Made by a program: the position numbers and the translations under genes. A DNA stretch of 64,000 nucleotides from Flavobacteriaceae bacterium UBA4439 (GTDB lineage: Bacteria > Bacteroidota > Bacteroidia > Flavobacteriales > Flavobacteriaceae): positions 4,622-68,621 of the forward strand of contig DGPN01000047.1 of the NCBI GenBank assembly GCA_002390455.1. The letters are read 5' to 3'. Each line of letters opens with the position of its first letter. The first letter of the stretch is position 1. The notes under the pieces are model-generated. The model ran no database searches, was not told the DNA's origin, and was given only the letters and a program-made list of their open reading frames with translations. Shown in pieces: positions 19,734 through 29,221 of the stretch.

Positions 19734-20927
19734 ATGCCAAAAATTTCCAAAAAAGGTCAAGAATTGCCCTCGTCTCCCATCCGGAAACTGGTTCTTCACT
19801 CAGATGAAGCCAAAACTCGTGGAGTAGAAGTTTTGCATCTCAATATTGGTCAACCGGATATCGAGGCCCCCAAAGAGGCCATGGAAGTGGTGAGGGATCA
19901 ACGCCTAAATCTCCTGCCCTATGGCTCCTCTCAAGGTCCATTGTCCTATCGAACTCAACTTTGTCGTTACTATGAACAACATGATATATCCATTGAACCC
20001 GATGATATCATTGTAACTACAGGAGCCAGTGAGGCTTTATCATTTACCCTCAACGTGATCTGTGATGCCGGGGACGAAATCATTATTCCCGAACCTTTTT
20101 ATGCTAATTATAATGGATTTGCAGCTGCTTGTAGTGTGGAAGTGATTCCTGTGGTTTCGCATTTTGAAAATCGATTCGAATTGCCTCCCATAGCCCTATT
20201 AGAAGAAAAAATTACTAAAAAGACTCGAGCCATACTGATTTGCAATCCCAGTAATCCAACGGGTTACCTATACAGTGAGGCGGAAATCAAGGACTTGATT
20301 AATCTGGCCGTAGCACACGATATTTTTATCATCGTAGATGAAGTATACCGAGAATTCATCTATACTAAACAGTCCCATTATTCTGTTTTAAAGTCTGAAA
20401 AAGGCAGTCAACATGCTGTGATGATCGATTCAGTATCCAAACGTTATAGTTTATGTGGAGCAAGGGTAGGCTGTATGATCTCCAAAAACAAAGCACTGAT
20501 GGCCACTGCCCTTAAATTTGCTCACCTTCGCTTGTCTCCTCCTGCTTTGGCCCTAATGGTCAGTGAGGCCGCCGTTTCCTCACCCCCTTCCTATTTGGAG
20601 GATGTAAAAAAAGAATACGAAAAAAGGAAAAACGTTACCGTTGCTGCACTGGAAAAAATCGAGGGTGTAGAAGTCTCCAATCCCATGGGAGCATTTTATT
20701 GTATTGCCAAACTCCCTATCGATAGTGCCGAAGATTTTTCTAAATTTTTGCTCACCGATTTTGAAGATCAAGGACAAACCGTTATGCTGGCTCCTGCTGC
20801 GGGCTTTTACTCTTCACCCGAATTGGGCAAAGATCAAGTCCGATTGGCGTTTGTATTGGAAAGCAAAAAACTCCAACGAGCCGCCGAAATTTTAGAAAAA
20901 GCTTTGACGGCCTATCGTAATTCCTAG
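19734..20927 (+). CDS. Class I/II PLP-dependent aminotransferase (aspartate/aromatic type)
   Basis: SPIRKL, LNIGQPD, CNPSNPTG, SVSKRYSLCGARVG (PLP-lysine region). Confidence 0.85.
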   Translation: MPKISKKGQELPSSPIRKLVLHSDEAKTRGVEVLHLNIGQPDIEAPKEAMEVVRDQRLNLLPYGSSQGPLSYRTQLCRYYEQHDISIEPDDIIVTTGASEALSFTLNVICDAGDEIIIPEPFYANYNGFAAACSVEVIPVVSHFENRFELPPIALLEEKITKKTRAILICNPSNPTGYLYSEAEIKDLINLAVAHDIFIIVDEVYREFIYTKQSHYSVLKSEKGSQHAVMIDSVSKRYSLCGARVGCMISKNKALMATALKFAHLRLSPPALALMVSEAAVSSPPSYLEDVKKEYEKRKNVTVAALEKIEGVEVSNPMGAFYCIAKLPIDSAEDFSKFLLTDFEDQGQTVMLAPAAGFYSSPELGKDQVRLAFVLESKKLQRAAEILEKALTAYRNS

Positions 20928-20947
20928 GCATTTTTCTATCTTTCCCT

Positions 20948-21958
20948 ATGGTTTTGAATTTCCAAAAAGACATTTCTCTACGCACCTATAATACATTTGG
21001 CATCGATGTTAAATCAAAAAAATTCATCGGCATTCAATCCACTGATGTATTAAAAGCGGTTTTGGCCGAAAATCAAGGAGCCCAAGTTCTTCTATTGGGA
21101 GGTGGAAGTAATCTCTTACTTACAAAGGATTTTGACGGATTGACCATCAGAATTGAAAATCGTGGAATAGAAATTCTTAAGGAGGATGAATACGGGGCGA
21201 GGATCAAAGTCGCAGCGGGTGAAAACTGGCATGATTTCGTACTGTGGTGTTTGAAAAAAGATTTTGGTGGTGTAGAAAATTTAGCCCTGATCCCTGGCAG
21301 TGTGGGGGCGGCTCCCATCCAAAATATCGGAGCCTATGGGGTGGAGCTAAGTCAAGTTTTTGAAAGCTGTGAAGCCATGTCTCGAGAGACGGGAGAAATC
21401 AAAACCTTTAACAAAACCGAATGTGAATTTGGTTACAGAAATTCTATTTTTAAAAATACACTCAAAGAACAATACATCATTACTTCGGTTGAGTTCAATC
21501 TGACCAAGGCACCGCATCAAATCAATACCTCCTATGGGGGATTGTCCGAAAAAATAGAGTCTAAATCCCCAAGCATACAGACCGTCGCCCAGACGGTGAT
21601 CGAAATCCGGTCGGCCAAATTGCCCGATCCCCGTCATATCGGAAACAGTGGTAGTTTTTTTAAAAATCCCGTGCTAGGTTCAGAACAGTTTGCAGCATTG
21701 CAACAACAATACCCCAACCTGCCTCACTATCCAGATCAAAAAGGGAAAGTCAAAATTCCTGCTGCTTGGTTGATCGACTACTTGGGCTTCAAAGGCTATC
21801 GCAAGAATGATACTGGTGTCCACCAAAACCAAGCCTTAGTTTTGGTCAATTATGGCAATGCTTCTGGTGCTGAAATCAAAAAACTGGCCCAGCAGATCAA
21901 AGACAAGGTTTTGGAAAACTTTAAGATTGACTTAGAATTTGAGGTGAATATACTCTAG
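20948..21958 (+). CDS. murB: UDP-N-acetylmuramate dehydrogenase
   Basis: 336 aa with FAD-binding LLLGGGSNLL, GVENLALIPGSVGAAPIQNIGAYG and a C-terminal MurB domain. Confidence 0.9.
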   Translation: MVLNFQKDISLRTYNTFGIDVKSKKFIGIQSTDVLKAVLAENQGAQVLLLGGGSNLLLTKDFDGLTIRIENRGIEILKEDEYGARIKVAAGENWHDFVLWCLKKDFGGVENLALIPGSVGAAPIQNIGAYGVELSQVFESCEAMSRETGEIKTFNKTECEFGYRNSIFKNTLKEQYIITSVEFNLTKAPHQINTSYGGLSEKIESKSPSIQTVAQTVIEIRSAKLPDPRHIGNSGSFFKNPVLGSEQFAALQQQYPNLPHYPDQKGKVKIPAAWLIDYLGFKGYRKNDTGVHQNQALVLVNYGNASGAEIKKLAQQIKDKVLENFKIDLEFEVNIL

Positions 21959-21960
21959 AG

Positions 21961-22413
21961 TTATTCCTTGTTTTTGGAGTCAATCACAATGGTTACAGGC
22001 CCATCATTCAACAAACTGACTTTCATATCTGCACCGAAAACACCCTTGGCTATTTTTTTTCCCAATTTTTGCTCTGACAAGAGTACAAACTGCTCGTATA
22101 AGGGAATGGCTGTTTCATGGCGGGCGGCTCTGACATAAGAAGGTCGATTACCTTTTTTGGTCGAAGCCATTAGCGTGAACTGACTGATCACCAACAATTC
22201 TCCCTTTACCTCAGAAAGACTGAAATTCATTACACCTTTTTCATCATTGAAAATCCTCAGATTGATCAATTTGTTGACCAACCACTCTACATCGGAGGAA
22301 TTATCATCATTTTCAATTCCCAACAGTACCAAAAGGCCTTTTCCTATGGCACCTACGGATTTTCCTTCCACTTTCACTTCCGCACGACTGACCCTTTGAA
22401 TGACAATTCTCAT
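21961..22413 (-). CDS. dtd: D-aminoacyl-tRNA deacylase
   Basis: 150 aa: MRIVIQRV...SQFTL...NRPSY... Confidence 0.9.
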   Translation of the reverse strand: MRIVIQRVSRAEVKVEGKSVGAIGKGLLVLLGIENDDNSSDVEWLVNKLINLRIFNDEKGVMNFSLSEVKGELLVISQFTLMASTKKGNRPSYVRAARHETAIPLYEQFVLLSEQKLGKKIAKGVFGADMKVSLLNDGPVTIVIDSKNKE

Positions 22414-22415
22414 AA

Positions 22416-23348
22416 TTATCTGTAGAGGGCATCCTCCTCCAAAAGTTGTAAATAAGACTTATAACGGCTTTGAGCTATTTCCCCCGCTTCCAATGCTGAT
22501 TTAACAGCGCAGTGAGGTTCTTTGGTGTGCATGCAATTGTTGAACTTGCACTGCGATTTCAAAACGGAAAATTCTCTAAAATAACCCGACAATTCTTCTT
22601 TTTGGATGTCCACCACTCCAAATCCTTTGATCCCAGGAGTGTCGATGATTTTGGCACCATCGTCCACATCAAACATTTCGGCAAAAGTCGTTGTGTGTTG
22701 CCCTTGCTGATGCTGATCTGAAATGCGGCCAGTTTTTAAATCCAAATCGGGAGCCAAAGTGTTGACCAATGTAGATTTTCCGACCCCACTGTGTCCCGAA
22801 AACATACTTACTCTATTTGCCATTTTTTTTTGAATAACATTTAGAGTATTGAGTTCGGTTGCAATGACTTCATAACATTGGTAACCTATTTTTTCATAAA
22901 TGGATTTCAAAATCCTCATGTTCTCTAATTCGTCTAAACTGTACAAGTCTGTTTTGTTAAAAACCAAAACTACCTTGATGGCATAAGCTTGGGCAGTAAC
23001 CAAAAAACGATCGATAAAAGCGGGGTAAGTAGGAGGTGTTTTGAGTGTGATCATCAAAAATACCTGATCAATATTGGAAGCAATGATGTGGGTTTGTTTG
23101 GATAGATTCACCGATTTTCGGATGATGTAATTTTGACGGGCTTCGATATCAGTAATCACCCCTGTTTTTCGCTCCTCCTCCCCTTCTGTCTCAAACAAAA
23201 CCTTGTCTCCTACTGCCACTGGATTGGTGCTTTTAATGCCTTGGATTCGAAATTTTCCTTTGATTCTACAATCGTAGAACAGTGCATCAGATTTTACACG
23301 ATAATGGCTGCCAGTTGAACAATAAACAATCCCTTTTTTGATCATCAT
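22416..23348 (-). CDS. rsgA: Ribosome small-subunit-dependent GTPase A
   Basis: NKTDL (G4), GHSGVGKSTLVN (G1), DTPGIKGFG, and the zinc knuckle CKFNNCMHTKEPHCAV. The start was moved to MMIKKGIVY (23348). Confidence 0.9.
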   Translation of the reverse strand: MMIKKGIVYCSTGSHYRVKSDALFYDCRIKGKFRIQGIKSTNPVAVGDKVLFETEGEEERKTGVITDIEARQNYIIRKSVNLSKQTHIIASNIDQVFLMITLKTPPTYPAFIDRFLVTAQAYAIKVVLVFNKTDLYSLDELENMRILKSIYEKIGYQCYEVIATELNTLNVIQKKMANRVSMFSGHSGVGKSTLVNTLAPDLDLKTGRISDQHQQGQHTTTFAEMFDVDDGAKIIDTPGIKGFGVVDIQKEELSGYFREFSVLKSQCKFNNCMHTKEPHCAVKSALEAGEIAQSRYKSYLQLLEEDALYR

Positions 23349-23432
23349 TGCAAAGAAACAACAAATATTTTTTTCCCTAGTTGTAAAGAATACTCGCAAA
23401 GGGAATTACTATCTTTGTAAAAAAGATTTTTA

Positions 23433-24950
23433 ATGACCCAAAAAGTAATTTTAATGATCTTGGATGGTTGGGGTTTTGCCCCTAACCCTGAGGTTTCTGC
23501 CGTTGATTTAGCCCATACCCCCAATATGGATGCTTGGTCCGATAAGTATCCTCACGCCTCTCTTTTGACCCATGGAGAAAACGTGGGTCTCCCCCACGGT
23601 CAAATGGGAAACAGCGAAGTGGGGCATATGAACTTGGGAGCAGGAAGAATTGTTTACCAAGACTTGGTTAAAATTTCGAAAGCCATTGCCGACAAAAGTG
23701 TTGAAAAGAATCCAGTTTTGGTAGAGGCTTTAACTTACGCACAAACGCAAAGGAAAAATGTACATTTTTTGGGACTACTTTCCGATGGAGGTGTACATGC
23801 GCATCTGAATCACTTGGAGGGGCTTTTGGAAATGGCGGCGCAATACGATGTTCCCCAAGTTTTTATACACGGTTTTACCGATGGTCGGGATGTGGATCCC
23901 AAATCAGGAGTCGGCTATCTTCAAAAATTATCCCAAAAGCTTGATGAGACCAAGGCAAAGTTGGCCTCCATCACTGGGCGTTACTATGCCATGGATCGTG
24001 ATAATAGATGGGAAAGGGTCAAAAAAGCCTATGATGCATTGGTACACGCCAAAGGTACTCCTACCCAAAATATGATCGAAAGCATTGAAGCCAGCTATGC
24101 TGAGGGAGTTACGGACGAGTTTATCGAACCCCTTATTGCGGTTGACTCCAACGAGCAGCCCTTGGGTAAAATTTTGCAAGGGGATGTAGTGATCTTTTTC
24201 AATTACCGTACCGACCGCGGGCGTCAATTGACCAATGCACTATCACAACGTGCTTTCCCAGAACAGGACATGATGCCTTTGGATTTACATTATGTAACGC
24301 TGACCAATTACGACAAAACCTTTAAAGACATAAAGGTTGTCTTTGAAAAAGACAACTTGGAAGACACTTTGGGCGAAACACTTTCCAAAGCAGGGAAAAC
24401 CCAAATAAGAATTGCAGAAACCGAAAAATACCCCCACGTCACCTTCTTTTTTAATGGAGGTCGAGAAGAGGCTTTTGATGGAGAAGAGCGCATCATGTGT
24501 CCCTCACCCAAAGTGGCCACCTATGATTTACAACCCGAAATGAGTGCCTTCGACGTAAGAGATGCAATCCTCCCCAAAATAGTGAAAGAGCAACCCGATT
24601 TCATCTGTTTGAATTTTGCCAATCCAGATATGGTAGGCCACACTGGAGATTTACAAGCCGCCATTAAAGCCTGTGAAACGGTAGATCAATGTGCTGGAGA
24701 AATTATTGCTGCTGCGCTAGAAAACCAATACAAAATCATTGTCATCGCCGATCACGGAAATTGTGAAACCATGGTCAATGCCGACGGCTCCCCCAATACG
24801 GCCCATACGGTAAACCCAGTGCCATTGATTTTGGTCGATAAAGACAATACCCCCATCGTTGATGGTGTGTTGGGTGACATTGCACCCACCATTCTTAAAC
24901 TTATGGCGTTGGAGATTCCCACTGCCATGACAGGAAAACCTCTGGTCTAA
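23433..24950 (+). CDS. gpmI: 2,3-bisphosphoglycerate-independent phosphoglycerate mutase
   Basis: 505 aa: MILDGWG, GNSEVGHMNLGAGR, ADHGN. Confidence 0.95.
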   Translation: MTQKVILMILDGWGFAPNPEVSAVDLAHTPNMDAWSDKYPHASLLTHGENVGLPHGQMGNSEVGHMNLGAGRIVYQDLVKISKAIADKSVEKNPVLVEALTYAQTQRKNVHFLGLLSDGGVHAHLNHLEGLLEMAAQYDVPQVFIHGFTDGRDVDPKSGVGYLQKLSQKLDETKAKLASITGRYYAMDRDNRWERVKKAYDALVHAKGTPTQNMIESIEASYAEGVTDEFIEPLIAVDSNEQPLGKILQGDVVIFFNYRTDRGRQLTNALSQRAFPEQDMMPLDLHYVTLTNYDKTFKDIKVVFEKDNLEDTLGETLSKAGKTQIRIAETEKYPHVTFFFNGGREEAFDGEERIMCPSPKVATYDLQPEMSAFDVRDAILPKIVKEQPDFICLNFANPDMVGHTGDLQAAIKACETVDQCAGEIIAAALENQYKIIVIADHGNCETMVNADGSPNTAHTVNPVPLILVDKDNTPIVDGVLGDIAPTILKLMALEIPTAMTGKPLV

Positions 24951-24975
24951 AAATCATCCCCCAAATATTCAAACT

Positions 24976-25515
24976 ATGAAAAAAGTTTTTATAATCAGCT
25001 TGAGCATCTTGTTCGTTAGTTGTGGTACTTCTCCTCAAAAGCCTTTGGTAACCCAACCGATAAAAGCCAGCAGTGGCGAAATGATTCTCTTGGGTAAAAT
25101 CAACATGGCCAATTTACAAAGCTCGGATGTCAGCTCATGGTTTAAGGAAGAATACAACAAGGTTTCGGTCGATCCTCAGTGGGGAAAAGACTTACAACCT
25201 TATCTTAAAGATTTGAAAATAAAAGTTTTTATGGGGACTTGGTGTGAAGACAGTCAGCGGGAAATTCCTCATTTTTTCAAACTGCTCGATGCGCTGGATT
25301 TCGACCAGCGTCATTTGGAAATGTATGCCATGAGTGAGGAAAAAACCACTCCTCAAAATTTTGAAAAGGGTTTAGAGGTTTTCAATGTTCCCACCCTTAT
25401 TTTTTTTAGAAATGGAAACGAAATCAATAGATTTGTAGAGTTACCCGTAAACAGTCTCGAATCTGATATTGCAAAAATCATTAAAGGGGAGTCCTACACC
25501 CATTCGTATGAATAG
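24976..25515 (+). CDS. Thioredoxin-fold lipoprotein with a CxxS active-site variant
   Basis: Lipobox LFVSC near the N-terminus and a thioredoxin-like core with GTWCEDSQREIPHF (WCxxS rather than WCxxC). Confidence 0.7.
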   Translation: MKKVFIISLSILFVSCGTSPQKPLVTQPIKASSGEMILLGKINMANLQSSDVSSWFKEEYNKVSVDPQWGKDLQPYLKDLKIKVFMGTWCEDSQREIPHFFKLLDALDFDQRHLEMYAMSEEKTTPQNFEKGLEVFNVPTLIFFRNGNEINRFVELPVNSLESDIAKIIKGESYTHSYE

Positions 25516-25518
25516 TAA

Positions 25519-26337
25519 ATGGTAAAAATCAAAAGTTTAGAGGAAATTGAGTTGATGCGTGAAAGCGCATTGATTGTTTCTCGAACCTTGGGCATGTTGG
25601 CCAAAGAAATTAAACCAGGAGTGACCACACTCCATCTGGATCGCTTGGCCGAAGCTTTTATTCGAGACCACGGAGCTGAACCAGGTTTTTTGGGATTGTA
25701 TGACTTTCCAAATACACTTTGTGTAAGCCCCAACGAAGAGGTCGTCCATGGAATTCCCAACAACAAACCCCTAGAGGAGGGAGACATCCTCTCTGTAGAT
25801 TGCGGAGCACTTAAAAATGGGTTTTACGGTGACCACGCTTATACCTTCGAACTGGGAACGGTGGGCGATGAGACCAAAAAGCTATTGGAAGTTACCAAAA
25901 AATCGCTCTATATAGGCATAGAAGCCTTTTGCCACGGAAACCGTGTAGGTGATTTGGGTCACGCCATTCAAAGCTATACAGAATCTTTTGGCTATGGGGT
26001 AGTGAGAGAATTGGTAGGACATGGTTTGGGAAGAGAAATGCACGAATCTCCCGAAATTCCAAACTATGGTAAAAGAGGTCGGGGGAAAAAATTTAGTAAC
26101 GGCATGGTCATCGCTATAGAGCCCATGATCAATATGGGTACCAAAAACATACGTCATTTTAGCGATGGATGGACCATCAAAACCGCCGACAATCAGCCCA
26201 GTGCTCATTTTGAACACAATGTGGCTTTGATAGACGGAAAACCACAACTGCTTTCCACCTTTGATTATATCTATGAGGCTTTGGGGTTTGAATCCGAAGA
26301 AGAAATTCCCTTTAAAAAACTTACCGCTAAGGCATGA
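25519..26337 (+). CDS. map: Type I methionine aminopeptidase
   Basis: 272 aa: VVHGIP, the metal ligands in DILSVDCGALKNGFYGD, HGLGREMHE, and AIEPM. Confidence 0.95.
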   Translation: MVKIKSLEEIELMRESALIVSRTLGMLAKEIKPGVTTLHLDRLAEAFIRDHGAEPGFLGLYDFPNTLCVSPNEEVVHGIPNNKPLEEGDILSVDCGALKNGFYGDHAYTFELGTVGDETKKLLEVTKKSLYIGIEAFCHGNRVGDLGHAIQSYTESFGYGVVRELVGHGLGREMHESPEIPNYGKRGRGKKFSNGMVIAIEPMINMGTKNIRHFSDGWTIKTADNQPSAHFEHNVALIDGKPQLLSTFDYIYEALGFESEEEIPFKKLTAKA

Positions 26338-27089
26338 AGTGGATGCTACGCTTTTTTCCAAGATCTTTTTTGATTCGGATGAGTCTGCTGTTTCAACCTC
26401 TGCTGCGAATGTATTTCAAAGGGAATCGATTCACTGACCCCATTGATGGCTCTCAATACCGAAAATTCCTCCCCTATGGCTATCGTAAAAATCTCCGCCC
26501 CAACGCCCTATGTCCTGGGACACTATCCTTGGAACGCCATCGCTTACTCTGGCTTTATATGGATAGGAAAACTGAGTTTCTAAGCCAAAAACTCAGGTTA
26601 CTGCATGTCGCTCCAGAGCAAGTTTTTTACCACAAATTCAAACAATTTGAACATTGGGATTATACCACCACCGACCTCCACTCTCCCTTGGCCGATGTGA
26701 AAGCAGATATTTGCAACTTACCTTTTCAAGACGATCAATACGATTTGATCTTGTGCAATCATGTTTTGGAGCACATTCCCGATGATCTTAAAGCCATGAG
26801 GGAATTGTATCGGGTTTTGAAAAAGGGCGGAACACTGATCGCACAAGTTCCATTAGAAGAAGAAAGAGCGAAAACATTTGAAGACGACAGCATAACAGAC
26901 GCAAATGAACGGACAAAAGTTTTTGGACAATACGATCACGTAAGGGTCTATGGGCTGGACTACTACCACCGAATGGAGTCAGTAGGTTTTTCTACTGAGC
27001 GTATTCTTATACAAAAGGACTTGACCCCAGAGGAGATAATTCGTTTTGCCCTTCCCTTACAAGAAAAGATTCCCTTAATGCGTAAATAA
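26334..27089 (+). CDS. Class I SAM-dependent methyltransferase
   Basis: LLHVAPE..., DLILCNHVLEHIPDDLKAMRELYRVLKKGGTLI. The start overlaps the map stop (ATGA at 26334..26337). Confidence 0.75.
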   Translation: MKWMLRFFPRSFLIRMSLLFQPLLRMYFKGNRFTDPIDGSQYRKFLPYGYRKNLRPNALCPGTLSLERHRLLWLYMDRKTEFLSQKLRLLHVAPEQVFYHKFKQFEHWDYTTTDLHSPLADVKADICNLPFQDDQYDLILCNHVLEHIPDDLKAMRELYRVLKKGGTLIAQVPLEEERAKTFEDDSITDANERTKVFGQYDHVRVYGLDYYHRMESVGFSTERILIQKDLTPEEIIRFALPLQEKIPLMRK

Positions 27090-27124
27090 CTTTTCTTTTT
27101 CTAAAAGCTATCCAAATATCATGA

Positions 27125-29191
27125 TCATGGAGTTGAATGATTCTCTATAACCTCAACTCTTTTGAGTAGCTTCTCTAAAGTTTTTTGATAGAGTTGATTT
27201 TGCTTCTTGAGTAGTTGGATTTCTCGCTCCAATCGTGTCACTTCTATTTGCTGAGTTGCCTCAAGTTCATTACCCTCCAAATCTGCTAAATGAATCAGTT
27301 TTTGACCAGACATATGTTCTACCAAACGAACCATTTTCATCATATCGACATTGACCTGTTTGTTTTTAAGGCTATTTTTCGAATAAAAACTCCAAGCCAT
27401 CTCTTCACTTGGTTTGCCAATGAGGCTAAAATTATGCGGAGAAATGGTGGATTCGTTCCCTTTGCTGTCAAAAGTGATCAATTCTATTATGGTCTTGGAA
27501 ACAGTAGCATACAAACCAGCCTTGTCGGGAATGAAAGCACCTCCCTCATTTAAGATGATCGTGTTTCCACTAAATGTTGTAGCCGAAACTACACCCACTA
27601 CCTCCAAGGTTTCTGTAGGAGTAATCGTTCCTATTCCTAAATTACCATTTTTTAAAAGGGTTAGAGCTGTACTTTTTTTACTACTACTGGTTCCATTTCC
27701 TATGGTCAATAATGGATCATGGTCTACCCAACTGTTTATAGAGGCTCCCGAAAAAGTTTCATTATAGCTGCCCAATAAAGTTTCCGCATATGAGCTAGCA
27801 ATTAAACTATTCCCCAACGCAACACTTCGATCGGCTTTGGCCTCGGTGTTGTAACCTAAGCCTACAGAAAACTCCCCTCTTTTGGATTCATTCCAACTCC
27901 CCTTTCCATCTCTACCAGCACGAAAAGCTCCTTTACTTTTGTCAAAAATGATTCGAGTGTCGTCATCTCCTCCTGTTTTGTTGTCCAATTGATCCGATCC
28001 AAAGACGAAATCATCGGTGGTAACATTTCCTTGAAAATTACTGACAACCCCTTTTTTTGTTGAAAAAACTCCTTTTTGATCGGATCCAATAATCATCAAA
28101 CTATCAGAGGTGTTGTGAAACTGAATCCCATTACTCGCCTGTAAGCTAATTTCATTTCCACCCTCCAATTTTATTGAAGTTTGATTGAGGGTTCCCAACT
28201 TCGTAAATTCAAGTGTTTGACCCATGTTGCTGCTATGATTAAGGTCGGATAAATCTACTACTGATTCAGTATCACTAATTGAGAGTAAATGGGTGTTTTT
28301 ATCATAGCTAAGGGTTTGGCTTTGGGGTAAACTGATCACATTACCATTTTCAATACTTAATTTAAGTCCGTTAAGGATCAATTTTTGATGATCGGTGTCT
28401 GAACCAGAGACAAGTTGAGTGGGTAGTTTAAGGGTTTTTTCTACATCACCTTCCAATTGAATTTTGATATGAGTGGTACCGCTCATGGCAAATGATGTAA
28501 TGACTTGTTCATCGGTATTGATCGGGCTTAAATCTACTTTACTATTACTTCCACTAATGGACAGTTCTTTGTTATTTAAGGATAGGGTTTGGCTGTCCGT
28601 ATTGGATATTACTGGATTATCGTCACTTCCAGTTGAAGTAGATTCTACCAAAGAACTTAGGTCTACACTCCCTCCATGGGTTAAAGAAAGTATGTTGTTT
28701 TGAAGAGTCAATTGCTGATTTTCAGTTGATGACACCTTCAGAGAACTTAAATCTACTCTTCCTCCATTGGTTAAAGAGAGTATATTTTCAGTTAAAGTAA
28801 GTTGTTGATTGACATTATAGTAATTGGTCAAATTCACCCTTTGTTTACCATTCAAAATCAACTGATGGTCATAAGTTAACTCTAATGATGAAGAAGGGAC
28901 TTGTGAGGCTCCTATGGTCTCCCAACCCTTTTTAATATTATAGACCTCCAAAGCCCCCTTGTCTGTATTAAAGATCATCAATCCATCTGGGACATCGCCA
29001 CCAAAGGCAACATCTCTTTGCGACTGAGTTAATCGAGGAAAAAGTACTCCTTGATTTTTACTTTCTAACTCAAGTAATGCATGGGTATTAATATTTTTGG
29101 GATTGTCTCCAATTTTAACTTGAGCGTGGAGACTAATGGCAATAAAAAATACTGTAAAGCCGAATGAAATAAGTAGGTTGTTTTTTTTCAT
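27125..29191 (-). CDS. Secreted repeat surface protein (about 7 x ~30-aa L.L.GN.L.LS.GG.VDLS.L repeats, a YadA-head/tail-fibre-like segment, and a C-terminal coiled coil)
   Basis: 688 aa. It has a signal peptide (MKKNNLLISFGFTVFFIAISLHAQ), repeats such as NQQLTLTENILSLTNGGRVDLSSL, the segments GLGYNTEAKADRSVALGNSLIASSYAETLLG and LLKNGNLGIGTITPTETLEVVG, and a heptad-rich tail (LEREIQLLKKQNQLYQKTLEKLLKRVE). Confidence 0.7.
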   Translation of the reverse strand: MKKNNLLISFGFTVFFIAISLHAQVKIGDNPKNINTHALLELESKNQGVLFPRLTQSQRDVAFGGDVPDGLMIFNTDKGALEVYNIKKGWETIGASQVPSSSLELTYDHQLILNGKQRVNLTNYYNVNQQLTLTENILSLTNGGRVDLSSLKVSSTENQQLTLQNNILSLTHGGSVDLSSLVESTSTGSDDNPVISNTDSQTLSLNNKELSISGSNSKVDLSPINTDEQVITSFAMSGTTHIKIQLEGDVEKTLKLPTQLVSGSDTDHQKLILNGLKLSIENGNVISLPQSQTLSYDKNTHLLSISDTESVVDLSDLNHSSNMGQTLEFTKLGTLNQTSIKLEGGNEISLQASNGIQFHNTSDSLMIIGSDQKGVFSTKKGVVSNFQGNVTTDDFVFGSDQLDNKTGGDDDTRIIFDKSKGAFRAGRDGKGSWNESKRGEFSVGLGYNTEAKADRSVALGNSLIASSYAETLLGSYNETFSGASINSWVDHDPLLTIGNGTSSSKKSTALTLLKNGNLGIGTITPTETLEVVGVVSATTFSGNTIILNEGGAFIPDKAGLYATVSKTIIELITFDSKGNESTISPHNFSLIGKPSEEMAWSFYSKNSLKNKQVNVDMMKMVRLVEHMSGQKLIHLADLEGNELEATQQIEVTRLEREIQLLKKQNQLYQKTLEKLLKRVEVIENHSTP
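28652..28831 (-). repeat. Two adjacent in-frame 90-nt units (roughly three-quarters identical by eye)
   Basis: agaacttaggtctacactccctccatgggttaaagaaagtat... at 28652 recurs as agaacttaaatctactcttcctccattggttaaagagagtat... at 28742. These encode the two NQQLTL..ILSLT.GG.VDLSSL units. Confidence 0.75.
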
Positions 29192-29221
29192 ATGAGCGAA
29201 TTTTAGGGATCAATATGATTA

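Noticed and set aside
25882-26361. 159-aa minus-strand ORF across map, plus the 97-aa and 70-aa ORFs at 25494..25787.
   Set aside because: These are shadow ORFs of methionine aminopeptidase.
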